From Gnetum montanum (lineage: Eukaryota > Plantae > Gnetophyta): a stretch of 64,000 nt of DNA. Made by a program: the position numbers and the translations under genes. This document shows positions 27,059 to 40,344 of the stretch, one piece after another. The notes under the pieces are model-generated. The model saw nothing but the letters and a program-made list of their open reading frames with translations. It did no database searches and had not been told where the DNA came from. The stretch is taken from NCBI GenBank assembly GCA_015680685.1, contig MNCI01002357.1, positions 305,384-369,383 of the forward strand, written 5' to 3'. Each line of letters opens with the position of its first letter. Position 1 is the stretch's first letter.

Positions 27059-27813
27059 GATAATGTACAAAAATGATAAATTATTAATTATGTGAAGAGA
27101 CTAAAAATAATTAATTTTATCTTATTATTTCAAGCTTAGTGGTAACGTAGTCATCTTATCTTAGACTCAATCAATCCTTATTAACCCGAGTAACTATGTG
27201 GTAGGTTACTTTATATTAATATAATATATACTTGTTATGTATATATACGGGTTCATGCAATATCATGGCATTATTGAGAAAAATTAGATTCACTTTTTTT
27301 AGATGCTCAAAAGTATGCAATCTTAAGAATCCTAATTCCCCAAGACTTTGAATCTTATTAGTGCTGACAAAAACTTTTAGGAATTGCAACGAAATCATTA
27401 TCTCTAAAACTATAATTGTAGATTCCTGAAGAAATAATTGTTATAAAATATTAAAATATTAAAATTAAATTTTAGAAAGTGAAATTCATCAACAAAGAAC
27501 TTTATATCATGGCTTCAATCAATTTAGAAAATATATATACACAAGCCTTAAGATATGAAATCGGCAGAAATGTATGTTGAAAACAAAAATGTATGGAATG
27601 TGATTCAAAATGGGTAATTAGAATAGGAAATGATTTGTTTGTGAAAGTTGAGGAGCATTATAATTTTAATGTATGATAGACTTTTAAAAACATCTTGTTC
27701 ATATAAATGCCCCTCGATAGAATTCTATGAAACAAGTATGTGGTAGTTTCAAACTAGAATTGGCATAATACGACAAAGTGGCCATCTTTACTTAAGTTAC
27801 TACCTAATTGAGA

Positions 27814-28191
27814 AAGCTAGTTAAGATTTTATAAAGACCTTTATGATTTCCTCCCTCATAAAAGAAGCTTTGTGCAGTTCTAAGTATCTTTGAAGCTATG
27901 ACCAATACCCCAATTTAGTTCTATACATATAACAAATGATTATAAAAAGAACTTTAATAGCTAAATGATGATGTGCAATGCTAATCAGCCAAAACCCACT
28001 TGTTATTGGATGTAGTTTTCCCAAAAAGTTAAAACTTTGGAATATTTTAACCAATTGAGATTAAAAAAGAGAATTAATCACTTAGTGAAATTAGGATAAG
28101 ATTGATTCAAAATATCTCGATTTAAAATAAATTCATGAGGTAGCGGTATCTCTTTCAAGTCTACCCCAGCATCTAGAAGTTGGTTAATTGG
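27814..28191 (-). pseudogene. psaA: Second copy of the psaA NUPT fragment (runs into a gap)
   Basis: Duplicate of 2165-2542. Confidence 0.9.
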
Positions 28192-28663
28192 NNNNNNNNN
28201 NNNNNNNNNNNNNNNNNNNNNNNNNNNNNNNNNNNNNNNNNNNNNNNNNNNNNNNNNNNNNNNNNNNNNNNNNNNNNNNNNNNNNNNNNNNNNNNNNNNN
28301 NNNNNNNNNNNNNNNNNNNNNNNNNNNNNNNNNNNNNNNNNNNNNNNNNNNNNNNNNNNNNNNNNNNNNNNNNNNNNNNNNNNNNNNNNNNNNNNNNNNN
28401 NNNNNNNNNNNNNNNNNNNNNNNNNNNNNNNNNNNNNNNNNNNNNNNNNNNNNNNNNNNNNNNNNNNNNNNNNNNNNNNNNNNNNNNNNNNNNNNNNNNN
28501 NNNNNNNNNNNNNNNNNNNNNNNNNNNNNNNNNNNNNNNNNNNNNNNNNNNNNNNNNNNNNNNNNNNNNNNNNNNNNNNNNNNNNNNNNNNNNNNNNNNN
28601 NNNNNNNNNNNNNNNNNNNNNNNNNNNNNNNNNNNNNNNNNNNNNNNNNNNNNNNNNNNNNNN
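28192..28663. other. Assembly gap
   Basis: Run of N. Confidence 1.
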
Positions 28664-28984
28664 NTTTTTTAATTATAAAATTAATAATAAATTATTATTT
28701 TTATTATTATCATTACTACATAAAAAGACTTATCGTAGGAGTCTTCTTAAAGCAAGGATTGATGTTCTCACTTTTGAAAATGTAGATGAATTGTGAATCT
28801 ATATTTTTGACAAGGCACTTACAATGTAATGATAAAAGTTCTAATAGCCCTTGATGGGATTATTCAACATTCAAGAAAAATCCATTTCGCTGCCGCATGC
28901 TAGGTCCATTTTCATGAATTAGAAATTTGTAATAGTCTAGGTAGATGCATGCCAGTGTTTGTGTTTAGTAGATGGGTGGAATAC

Positions 28985-29603
28985 TTGTGCCTAGTTCCAC
29001 CATAGATTCTCTTAATCTTCCATGGAAAAAGCAAAGGTACATGCTGTCATCAATGCCTCGGGTAAGATGCCTTCCTTGATCTTCAGGATGTGTTGTTCAC
29101 GAGGATGATGAAAAAGTTTTCTACAAATGCTTTCTTCCTCTCCTTTGACATGAGAAAAGTTAAAAAGATTTGCTTCAAACAGAGAAAACCAAGTCGAACT
29201 TACATACCCTACAGCTGAAGAGTGTCCACTATCGATTTGATGAGGACTGTTGTCATCAAGAACTGCACTTGCATCCATATCGGAACTAAGAGAATCCTCA
29301 AACCTATAGCACAAGAGTTGAGAATCCAATCGACCAATCATCTCATCTGAGACAACCTCGGATTTCGCACTATTCTAAAGCTATGGTTTAGTATGCATAA
29401 GCACTTTATCGCTTTTCTCTTCTACATCCTTTGTAAGGATTTCCAATCCTTTTTCTTTAGCATGTGGTTTGTTTGTCAGGCAAATAACCTACGGAAGTCC
29501 AATACTCATTGTGAGACAAGAATTACAAGTTCCTTGTTAATTAATCTTTCACACATGTTCTTAATGTGATTTTGACCATTTTGCAAGTAAATTACATAAC
29601 TCA
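28985..29603 (-). pseudogene. Second HD-Zip I pseudogene copy: last exon (29488-28985) and part of intron 2, interrupted by an LTR element
   Basis: Paralogous to 3338-3814 (SPHQIDSGHSS..); several CAG/CAA/TGG-derived stops; extra 9 codons (SICRKLFHH) relative to copy A. Confidence 0.9.
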
Positions 29604-31372
29604 TGTAGCGACTGAAAACATCAATGGATGGAAACACTGAGAGGTTGTCGGGCAAACAATTTTAACCCTAGATCCATGCAAGGGCGTTGCTGGATAAAAA
29701 TGGAAACAGGGCGCCCTGAATAGTCTGGTTGATCAGACAAGGACTTAGTCGGTGTAACTTAACCTTTCGTAAACGTGTAATGCGGAACTGATGTTTGCAA
29801 CGCAATATAGTAATTAATAAATGCAAAAAATAAAAAATGATGTAAAATGCTATGATAATGAGCAAGAATGTAAAGCAAACTAGAGTTAGAAAATGCACCA
29901 CCTCAAGATTGCGGTTTTACTTTGTTGAGGTGGATACTATCTGTTGTGCAACACTAGGAAGCACAGAGATCCCAAAGGTAACCAGAACGTTCAAAGTAGG
30001 CCAACTATATTCTTGAGCATGGACTCAAAAGCCAACAATGCAAAGTGCTACAAAGCCAACAAAAAAGTGCTAACAGAATGCCGACCAAAAATGCCAACCA
30101 CTTAATTTTGCCAACTCTTTTGGATTGCTAATTTGCCAACTAGATTTGCCAAGAGCTGAAAATTTGCCAACCCTTTGAGTGTTGCTTGTCGAGGTATTTA
30201 TAGGGCTAGGAGCACGTGAGAAATGGGGTTTGGATTACATGTGTCCTAGACCCATGAAATGTTGACATGTCCATATTGCATGAACATGCAAAGCCAATCA
30301 TGAACCTATCATGCTACAATTACGCTGTTAAAATTGGAGATGCTGGAATCAAGTGTGCCAACGACGTAGACGAGGAATGAAGCTTACTAGAATAGCGTAG
30401 CTACCTACTACACTGTGCTATACTGAGGAGTGTAGCATAGCTACTTGCTACGTTGTCCTATGCTATGTAGCGTAGCATAGTGTAGCCACCAGTTTAAAAA
30501 AGAGGATCACGTGGAAGTCAACTGCATCTGTCGGAAGCCTTAGCACACATTGGGTTAACCTTTGAAGCATTTTGTTAGGTTTGCATTTTTGCTACGCTAT
30601 GTAGCGTAGCATGGCATAGCAGCTTGCTTCATCTACGATCCCTTATTGAAGTTGTAAACACTTGCTTAAAGCCTGATCATGCTAACAACTACAACTTTTG
30701 CTCTTCGCAAAGGGGAGCTCTTGAACTTGCTACACTTGCATTTGAGACATCTTTTGTTGTTCTTGCATTGTCCCTATGCTGTGCTACGCTACATAGCATA
30801 GCAGCCATCATAGCCTAATTTTTGCTTAATCCACCACTCTCTAGTAAGAAAATTTTGCTGAAGGACTTGAAGTCGAGCAAGGCAACTAGTTTTAAAGACT
30901 GGAGTGCTTGCCAAGTGCAATTGGAATCACAAGGTAAGCTGGGCCTTTCTGTTTTTCCTTTACTACGTTGTGCTATGCTACATAGTGTAGCATAGCGTAG
31001 CACTTTGTTCTACAACAATTTGGTTTCCTGAGCAACTGTCTTTTGAGGCTTGCTACACTACATAGTGTAGCATAGCATAGCAAACTTCTTCACTAGAAAA
31101 CTTGCCGAACTTTTTTGTGCATCCTGAGCACCGTCGACAACCCCTAGCATGTTTTTTGAGTAAACTATCAGCTAGATGAATTATCTAGGTGGGTAGGCCA
31201 GAGAGTCTGTTGGGCCTGTCAGCATTGGAGGTAGAAAACTTGCCGAACTAGATAGTCTAAACTCTGAGCATCCATTTCCTGCCAATCGATCATGATGCCG
31301 CACTTGTGGAAGTTCCTTGCCTGAATTCCACCCTAGTGAAGCAAGAGGGTCTCAAAAGTTTAGGCTATTTCA
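29604..31372 (-). repeat. 3' LTR of the outer element
   Basis: Starts TG where similarity to the HD-Zip intron ends; ends TTTCA before the PPT-like TTGGACCCTCTTTGT; 30043-30139 recurs at 63904-64000. Confidence 0.8.
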
Positions 31373-32695
31373 TTGGACCCTCTTTGTCAACATCTAGAGG
31401 ATGGACTTGAGAGACGCCGACAAAGAATACGAAACACCATAAAATACAAGATGCTAACATCACTCTTCGGTAATTTCCAAGATGTTGCTTAGCTATACTT
31501 GAGAGTGTTGGATTGGCTATGCAAGGAAAGAGGAAAGGTTAAATTGGGAGGAGAAGTAAGTTCAAGAAAATGGTAAAGATGATTCTTAGCAAGGTCCCTC
31601 ACCAGAATGCTTCTGAGGGAATTGTTTACGTGGTCATCTTTGCTTTTGTTGACGTGTGACCTCTTGTCGAAACATTTAGAGAGGGTCACTGAGAAATAGC
31701 TGTTGTGCCATTTTTTTAGGCATGTTTTTTTATTGCGTGTGCTTTTGCTCTTTTATGCTTTCTCTTTTAATGTTCTGTCATTTACATTTGCAAACAACAT
31801 TGTCGCAAGACAGGTGTTTCTTTCCCAGGATGATTTGCGTTATGTGCATCATGGACTATGCAGTTGGGCATATGGAAGGGCTTTATAGGCATCAGGAAAA
31901 TTCGTAAAAGAGGTGAGAGTGAGAATTGTGGGTGTAAGGAACAAGGTAAAGGAGGTTAATGGGGAGGACAGGATGTGCACTTCGAAGTAGCTAAGCTAGT
32001 CAGGATGACCACCTTGGAACAATGTAGTGTCCTACCTCTATGGTGAAATGCACCTTTGGCCGACGCCCCTCTGATACACATCCTACAAACACAACAAAGA
32101 GCAAACCATAAGAAGCAACCATGATGTAAAACAAAGGCAAGGGTTTTGCTTGCTTTGAACACTGCTGGAACAATAGACATTGTTGCTAAACCATTCAGCG
32201 TCCAAACTAGAAAGACCAACAACGGTTTTGGCAGCATATGTGTGGAGAGGTCGGCATTGAGGCAGCTAGGAATTGTGGTGATGCGAGTGCTTAGGAATCC
32301 CTACCCAAGGTAGACATTATGTAGTTCAGCTGTGAGATGGGCTACCCATCAGCGAAATGCCTTTTGGGCTTGGGCGCTATCAGGGGCTGGAGAATAGCAA
32401 CACTGTGGCTAGGCCACAATAGTGCTGGGACTCCAACAATAGGCGTTGACCAAGGAAGCTACTGCCAAGGTGATGAGCCATGGTGGCGGTAGCTCTAGAA
32501 GGTTAGTAATATGTTAGAAGACATATCCAGAGGATCAGCAAGATGCCAAGAGCAGTGGCATTGCACATATTCCAAAGGGTGTTTTCTTAGCATTGTGAAC
32601 TACGTTCTAGAACTATAACATCCCACCCCATGTCGGTACTATGCACGCTCGCTTGCTTTATGAGTCATGATGCATGCTAAGGATGTGCCACGAAC

Positions 32696-33090
32696 CTAGT
32701 TTAAGGTCCTGGTAGACCATCTGATGTGTTGGTTTAAGGTCTTAGCAGACTGTGGTGCACTAGTTTAAGGTCCTAGTAGACTACTGTGCTAGTTTATTAT
32801 CGTAGCAGATGGTGGATTAGCCAGTTTAATGTCACAGTGGACACGCTTTGCCAATTTTACATCATGGCAGACAATATGTGCCAGTTTATAGTCATAGTGG
32901 ACTGCCTTTGCTAGTTTTACATTGTAGCAGACATTCTGTGCCAGTTTTACGTCATAGCGGATGAGCTTTGCCAATTCTACATCGTAGCGGATGAGCTTTG
33001 CTAGTTTTATGTCGTACTAGACAAGCTTTGCCAGGTTTACATCGTAGCGGACGATTGCTTACCTTTGCCAATTTTATGTCATAGCAGACG
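32696..33090 (-). repeat. ~30-bp tandem array of the YAGTTT hairpin motif downstream of integrase
   Basis: About 13 units such as CCAGTTTATAGTCATAGTGGACT, mostly with a 30-bp period. Confidence 0.9.
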
Positions 33091-33109
33091 TTTTCGTACC
33101 TTGCACATG

Positions 33110-36100
33110 CATGAGATGTAGTATGGCTTGAGATATGAATGATTCATGAGATTTGAAAACTTATTTCCATCCATGTCTACCAACTTGAAGGCCCCATTCC
33201 CATAGGCTTTTGTGACCATGAATGGACCTTCCCAGTTTTCTGAGAATTTGTTCACATGCTCACAGACAACCTTGAGAATGAGGTCCCCCTTTTGAATCGA
33301 CCGTTGACATGGGTTTGCATGGTGCTTCTACCATTTCTTTTTTTGATAATGCTCTATGCAACCAAGTGTCTATGCACACTCCTCCTCTATGGAGTCAAGG
33401 TTGATGATCCTCAACTCATTGTTCTGGCTTCACTCACAACGTTCAACAGGATTATGCGAAGTGACGATACCTGCAATTCAAGAGGTAACACCGCTTCAGA
33501 TTCATAAACAAGACTATAGGGTGTCTTACCTATTATTGTCCTGCACATCATCCTATAGGACCAGAGCACATAGAGGATTTGCTCATGCCATCACCTCTTG
33601 CTGTTGTTAACCATTTTTTAAAGCAAGTTGATGATGGACTTGTTCGTAGCTTCTACTTGTTCATTTTCCTGTAGGTAGTATGGTAAGGAGAATGACTCCC
33701 TAATTCCAAGATTTCTACAAAAGGTTTTGGTTTCTACACTGCTGAATTGTGGCTCATTGTTGGTCAAAATAGTCATGGGAAGCCCAAATCTCATCATGAT
33801 GTTATCTAAGATGAAGTGGCAAATCTGCTAGGATGTGTTCTTCCTCAAGGGAATAGCCTCCATCCACTTCGTTAAATAATTGGTGGCAGTGATGATGAAG
33901 CTATGCCCTGTGGAAGACTTAGGCATGATAGGTCCTATGATATCTAGTCCCCATTGTTGGAAAGGCCATGTGATCTACGTTGGATGTAATTCTGTAGGTG
34001 AAACGTGTATGAGATTTGCGTATCTTTGGCATGTATCATAGGTCTTGACTTTGGCAAAGGAATCGCACTCCATGTAACGCCAGTAGTACCCTAGGCATTT
34101 GATCTTTACAGCCATGGCCTTAGGTGCTATGTGTCCACCACACAGTCCCTCATGTACCTTATTAATGACCTTCTATGCTTGCTCCTCATTTATGCATGCC
34201 AGCAATATCCCGTCATAGGAGCGTTTGCATAAGGCGTTGTCTCCCATAAGCACATATTGCCGAGCACGCTTGTGGATTGCATCTCTCTTGGTAGATGTCA
34301 ATCTGCATGGGGGCTCGCTGTGTTGTAGGTAGGTTTTAATGTTAGCATACCACTCTTGGGTGTCTAAAATGCTAACAGAGGCTACGTGTACTACCTCAAT
34401 GATAGGCTTTGTACACTCGGTAATCGCAGCTGGCAAACTTGTGAATAGGTGTGGTGGCACATTTAATGCTATGGTGGCTAGGGCATCTGCTACAGTGTTT
34501 TCGTTGTGCGGCACATGTTCAACGTCCGTTTTTGCAAATTGTTTGAGAAAATTTTTCGCTAGGTCACAATAGGGCTGCAGGTGTGTAGCCTTATAGGCAT
34601 AGACCTTGGTGATTTAATTCACAATGAGTTGTGAATCCCTGCGAATCACTAGGTGGTGTATGCTTAATGCTTGGGTTGCTAAGAGACTCCTGAGTAACCC
34701 TTCGTACTTTGCCATGTTGTTTGTACATAGGAAGGAAAAACGATAAGCAAAAGGTTGCATTTCCCCAAAGGGGAACATAATGATGACAGCTGCACTACCC
34801 CCTCATGCAATCGAGGTGCTGTCAAAATGCAAACTAGCTTCAAGATGCAATAGGACGGCGTCGATAGTGCTAACATGCTCGTTAGGAAATTCGGGATCTA
34901 TGATTTCCTGGTCATCGATGGGTGAGGTCGTAAGTTGCGTAGCTATAGCTTGACCCTTCATCGACGATTGGCTCACATAATGCAAATCGAATTCCATTGT
35001 TATGGCTTTCCACCAGGCTATCCTACTGCTTTCATATAGATTATTTGTGATACCCTGGAGTACATTGCTCTTACAAATAATGTTAATTTGACTGCGAAAC
35101 AGGTAATGCCTCCACTTCTTTAATGCAAATACTAGGGCAAGGTAGTTTCTATCCACCTCATTGTATCTTGCCTCATATGATACCAATGAATGACTTAGGT
35201 AGTACACTAGAATTTCAGAGCCGTCATCTCATCTCTGACATAACAGTGCTACGATAGACGCATCCAAGGTGGTAAGGTAGATGAATAAAGGCTTATCCCT
35301 CTATGGTGGGTAAATAGTTGGGAGGTGTAAAAGCTCTTCCTTTAGATCATCAAAGGCTTATTGGCATTACGTTGTCCATTCGAAGTTAACCCCTTTCTTC
35401 AGTAGATGTTGCATGGGTTGTAACTTGTCAGTCAACTTTGCTATAAACCTTCTGATGAACTGTACTCTACCTTGTAACCTGCATAATTCCTTAAGGTTTG
35501 TAGGTGGTGCTAGATCAATGATGGCCTTAACTTTGTTAGGGGCCACCCATATTCCAGCCTTCGATACTACAAATCCTAACATGCATCTGGTTCTCACCCT
35601 GAAGACACATTTTTTAGGTTAAGGCATAATTCATGCATCTGGTAACGCTTGAGAACTACACCTAGATCGTTGGGATGATCAGCAGCCTCTTTAGATTTGA
35701 CTGCTATATCATCCACATAGTCGTTCAGCGTTTCTAAGATGTAGTCACTAAAGATATACATTATGGCTCGCTGGTAGGTTGCTCCGATGCTCTTGAGCCC
35801 AAAGGACATCATAGTATAATAGAAGGTCCCCCATGGGGTCATGAAGGTTGTTGTTAACTGATGCTCTAGGTTGATATGAATTTGGTTATAGCTAGAGAAA
35901 TCGTCCATGAAGGATAACAGAGCATGCCCAACTGTAGTGTCGATGAGTTGATCAATACTCGGTAGTGGAAAGTCATCCTTGATAGAGCTTGGTGATTTCA
36001 TCCTGTACGGCTAGTGCGATCTCCGATTTAACCTTGCGATCCTTCTGCTTAACTACTTTCATCCGTGGATCTAAGACAATGTTGTGTTGTATAAGCCTCA

Positions 36101-36456
36101 GGTCTAAGCCCGGCATGTTGTTGTAAGACCACGGAAATACTTCAATGTTTTCCTACAATACTTTGGATACATCTTTGTGCATCTGTGAATTTAGGAGGGA
36201 GCTAAACTTTACCATTTTTATTTTCCCCCTGGATGTGGTCATAGGAATTTCGATGAGAGGATCCTCAGTTACATCCCCAGCCTCTAAGTCTAAGGCTTGG
36301 ACTAGATGTTCAATCCAATCTAGAAATGTTTCTAAGGATGCTACAGTGCTTTTTGTGAGTGAATCCTAGTATATTGACTCTGGGTTCAGTTGTCATATGG
36401 ACCTTTTAAGGCTAGAGGTGAAGAAATATTTTGATGCATTGCCATTCTTTCTCAAC
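33110..36456 (-). pseudogene. pol: pol (RT, RNase H, archaeal-type RNase H, integrase) of the outer element, decayed
   Basis: KDDFPLPSIDQL, SFMDDFSSYNQI, YVDDI; YYLSHSL..LALVFALKKWRHY; NTVADALA; integrase ending in a GPF motif. Confidence 0.92.
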
Positions 36457-36590
36457 CTGCCACAATAAGATAAATGCCTAGTCAAGGGATACATGTTTGT
36501 AGCAACAGTGCATAGTAAACATTCATAAAGTAGTAATGAGATGTCAACACTTGAAATAACTATAAAATATGGCACAAAATTTGCAAGCTG

Positions 36591-37024
36591 CTAGTTTAAA
36601 GTCATAGCGAACTTCCTGGATGCAAAAGTGTAAATCTGCTAGTTTAAGGTCTTTGTGGATCACTAACAGGATAGATTCACGAATTAAAAGTATTAGTTTA
36701 AGGTCTTTGTGGACCGCTAACAAGCTACCCTTGCAAAAATACAAAGTACTAGTTTAAGATCTTTACGGATTGCTAATGAGATAAAAGCTACGTGTTAGAA
36801 CTGCTAGTTTAACCTCTTTGCGGACCGCTAACTCGTTATAGGCTGTGGGTCAGAATTGCTACTTTAAGGCCTTTGTGGACCGCTAACTCATTGGAGTTGT
36901 GAGTTAAAATTGCTAGTTTAAGGTCTTTGCAGACCGCCTGGATGTAGAAGTTTGAAGTTGCTAGTTTAGGGTCTTTGCAGACTGCTAATTGGTTATTTTT
37001 GCGAAGGCCAACGACTAGTTTAAA
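36591..37024 (-). repeat. Repeat-spacer array: 28-bp conserved unit CTAGTTTAAGGTCTTTGYGGACCGCTAA with 21-28 bp variable spacers
   Basis: About 8 units between the pol start and the accessory-gene promoter. Confidence 0.9.
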
Positions 37025-37159
37025 GTGGGATGAAGTTTTTGGTTGGGTCCACTTGCCATAATGCAAACAGTGCCGCTATGCTACGGGGAATGCTATGTTG
37101 TACAAACACCCCACATTAATCAGGGGAGAGAATGGAAATTTCCTTTTCACTGTTTTAGC

Positions 37160-37167
37160 TATAAATA
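37160..37167 (+). promoter_or_regulatory. TATA box of the outer element's antisense accessory gene
   Basis: CTATAAATAG about 140 nt upstream of ATG 37302; positionally equivalent to 45640. Confidence 0.65.
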
Positions 37168-37301
37168 GGGGTTTACCCCCATTAAACTTATCATTTTCAC
37201 CGTAATAGCGTAGAGCCTACATTCAGAGAGTAGAGCGCTTATGCTAACCAAGAGCAAGGCGATTCAGCGTAGCGACTGAGAAAGAATTGGCAACCAAAAC
37301 A

Positions 37302-39097
37302 ATGGCTCCCAAGAAAGAACACAAGCATCTAGCACCCACCAAGGTGGACGAAGTGAAGGACACCCTAGTACGTGTGTCGCAGGTGCACGTCATGGTGCAA
37401 CAGGAGACCCCATCAGCTCGGTAAGTTTCTATGCTCCTTTTTTTTTCTATGCTATGGTTATTGCTTCTGCTTTCTCTATTTTTGTTTCTGTGATTTTTGT
37501 TATGTAATCTACATTTTTTGTCATCATTTTTTTGATATTTTGGCCATTACACCGCTACTGTTGCTGATTTGGCCACGACTGGTGTACGGACACTATGCTA
37601 AGGTTGCATGTAGTGTTGCCTAGACTACCATTGTTGTGGCTAGCTTGCCATAGAAGCTTGGGTGATTTTAGCAACTCAACATGCACATAGCATAGTGTAC
37701 GACCCTAAGGAGGGTTTGGCCATGTGCATGATTTGGCAGCGTAACACATGTCTATCACGGTGTAATGCAAACCGTTCTGTCAGGAGGAATATTTTTTGAA
37801 ACTAGTGCAACGCATTGAATTCTTTCTTGTAAAAAGATTTCCTTCGTATTTTTTGCTACACTATATGCATGGAGAGAGTTGTAATATGCTATCTGCTAAC
37901 TGCTAATTCTGCTACGCTATATGTGAATCTCACTCGAACATGACATTAGCATTTGCCATTGTGTTATGTAGGATGGTGCCATTAAGATTGGCAAAATCTC
38001 TAGGATTTGGGAGATGCCTAAATACAATTGCTACCATCCATACAACACTTTTTTTATTGCCCGCCATATGGAAACTTGTTTTCAAAACCCATCAAGAACT
38101 ATTTATTATGCCAGTAGGTGAGTTCTGTAAACATATTCCGCTACGCTATGCAATACTTGCTATGCTAGATAAATGTTAAAGCGTGTTTTTGTTACTAGGT
38201 TTTTCATCAATAAGAATGGACTTCACAGTGATACAGTTGTGTTCACCTTGGCATAGATGGTGCTACGAGAGTTTTCCTCCACTGAAAATATGTGCGTAGG
38301 CGTGATAGGCCAATGCAGTACCAAACCTACCCAACCTAGTACTCCTACATCTACAATAGATGCAAGAAGCTAGATTTGTTGGATGGGGATTGGGCACCCT
38401 TTAAATTGATCACCATTGAATAAGTATTAGTGGATCTTCTACCATTCCCATCACCATTTAAACCTGGTAAGATGAACTATGAGTTATTTTCATGTTCGAG
38501 TATTACTCCTATTTTTATGCTATTTCTACTTTTATCTAAGTTTTTGCTTTTTTCATGTGTAAAGTACTATAGCAGCGAAGAAGTCCGAGAAGGTGACGAT
38601 GATCACCTTTGGACATCATGAGGCCAACATTTACTTCAAATACAAAGAGGTAGATGAGACCTAATGCTGGCTTTGCAATGGGGCCCTGGAATCGTTGACC
38701 AAATACCTTCAGGACACTGGACTCATGGAGTTGTTCCTAGTCATGAATCTGAGCGTCCCTACTGCTTAGATGCTCGACCTAGCCAACTCCTTTTCTAAAA
38801 AGATAGACCGCTTCCACACACGTGTGCATGATATGCAGGTGGTCCTTGAGATCAATGACCCGCTATTCATGGACCTCTTCAGTGTCCCTGCTGATGGTCT
38901 CCCCGGGGGTGTAAAGACCAAAAAAGAGGTGAACCATCAAGGGGACACTAAGGAGTGGCTAGGGGTGGTGAAAGGGTGAAAGGGGATCCTTATGAAAAAA
39001 GCAAAGCCAAAAGTAGCCAAAACCATTTACCCCATATTTTGTGCCTGTGCTTTCCCTCAGCTACTTTTCCCAGGAAAGATCATTGGGATTGAGCAAG
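37302..39097 (+). pseudogene. Antisense accessory gene of the outer element, 5' part (exons ~37302-37420, 37972-38117, 38199-38466, 38573-39097)
   Basis: KISRIWEMPKYNCYHPYNTFFIARHMETCFQNPSRTIYYASR (NIF-like C-half); LMELF..SF..LFSVPADGL..EWLGVVKG; homologous to the nested element's gene, with matching intron positions after the NIF exon. Confidence 0.8.
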
Positions 39098-40344
39098 TGT
39101 ACCGCCTGAAATCGTCGGTCCCCGGTTGGAAGGAAATAGAGACCGTGGGATCGCAGGACCAGAACAGAAGACCCTACCTTCACTTGAGGGCAAGCTGGAA
39201 TGCAACGAAGGCAGAGTACCTTGGGTGGTCCGCACGTGGATCAGACAAGGATTTCCCCAAACGTACACCAAAGTGCTATACGCCGGGATATACGTGAATA
39301 GTGTAGGAAACGTAAACAAAGCGTAAACAGCGTAAAACAGATGCAAACGGAGAGTAAACGTAAGCGGGCGTAAATAGAACATGTATGCCAAATTGACGTA
39401 AACTATAAACAATTTTATGCAACAAATGTAACAATGATATTACAAGATGAGAATACAGTGCACCGGTCTAACGCAGTTGTGGTGAAACACAAGGCGGACG
39501 AAAAGCCCCGGTGGATGGGAGGGCGGCGGGGCTGGTTCATGTTGTATGCACGGCGTAGAAACTATGTGCGCGGCGTACAGGTTTTTCCAGTGTAAGAAGG
39601 TTTTGAGCTCTAGTGCGCAGCGTAATTGCTCCTGGGTATGCTCTGGGATTTTGCCAACCGACCTAGTTGAAGTGGAAAGTCGGGGCTTTTATACCGGTTG
39701 TTACGCTAGACTTGGGTTGGGTGACACGTGGATGTTGACCGGGTGCAAAAGGGCGTAAAATTTATAGTATACAACATATTACATCTGCTGGGCATATACA
39801 CTGCATCAGGTCGGCGTATACGCTGGATGTGTTGGACGAACATGGGTGGAGATGCTATGGACGCTGGGCGTATACGCTGATGGATGTTGGGCATGTACGC
39901 TGGGCGAACACACTGACGGATGTTGGGAGTGTACGCTGGGCGAACACGCTGATAGATGTTGGGCATGTACGTTGGGTGAACATGCTGACGGATGCCGACT
40001 TGCTTCAATTCTTGCTCTTCGGTGTTTTTTTCACTTTTCCTTTGGAGGTTCTGTGCCGGGCGTAAACATTTGTTGTTCCTGCCGAGCGTACAGGTGAAGT
40101 GTGTACGCCGGGCGTGAGTTGGATGTCTACGCTGGGCGTATACGCTGGGCTTATACGCTATGGATGTGAACTTGAGCGTAGACGTCGGGCGTATACGCTG
40201 GCACTACAAACTTAGTGAAAACGAAGCGTTTTGACCTCCCCAAAGTTGCAATCGTGACACCAAATGTAGCCGTAGTTATCTGTGGGTCCCAGTGACCTGC
40301 TTGTTGCTGAAGAAGTACAAAGCTCGGAATTTTGTGGTGTTTCA
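39098..40344 (-). repeat. 3' LTR of the nested element
   Basis: TGTACCGCC...GGTGTTTCA; by manual alignment about 14 mismatches (13 transitions) in the first ~170 nt versus the other LTR. Confidence 0.95.

Larger units (their letters stand above)
27476..29608. repeat. Segmental duplication copy B (pairs with 1827-3934)
   Basis: Direct near-identity to copy A; truncated on the right by the LTR starting at 29604. Confidence 0.95.

Noticed and set aside
36591-37024. True CRISPR array
   Set aside because: Eukaryotic retrotransposon context, no cas genes, degenerate repeats, and some spacers resemble each other (diverged tandem duplication)
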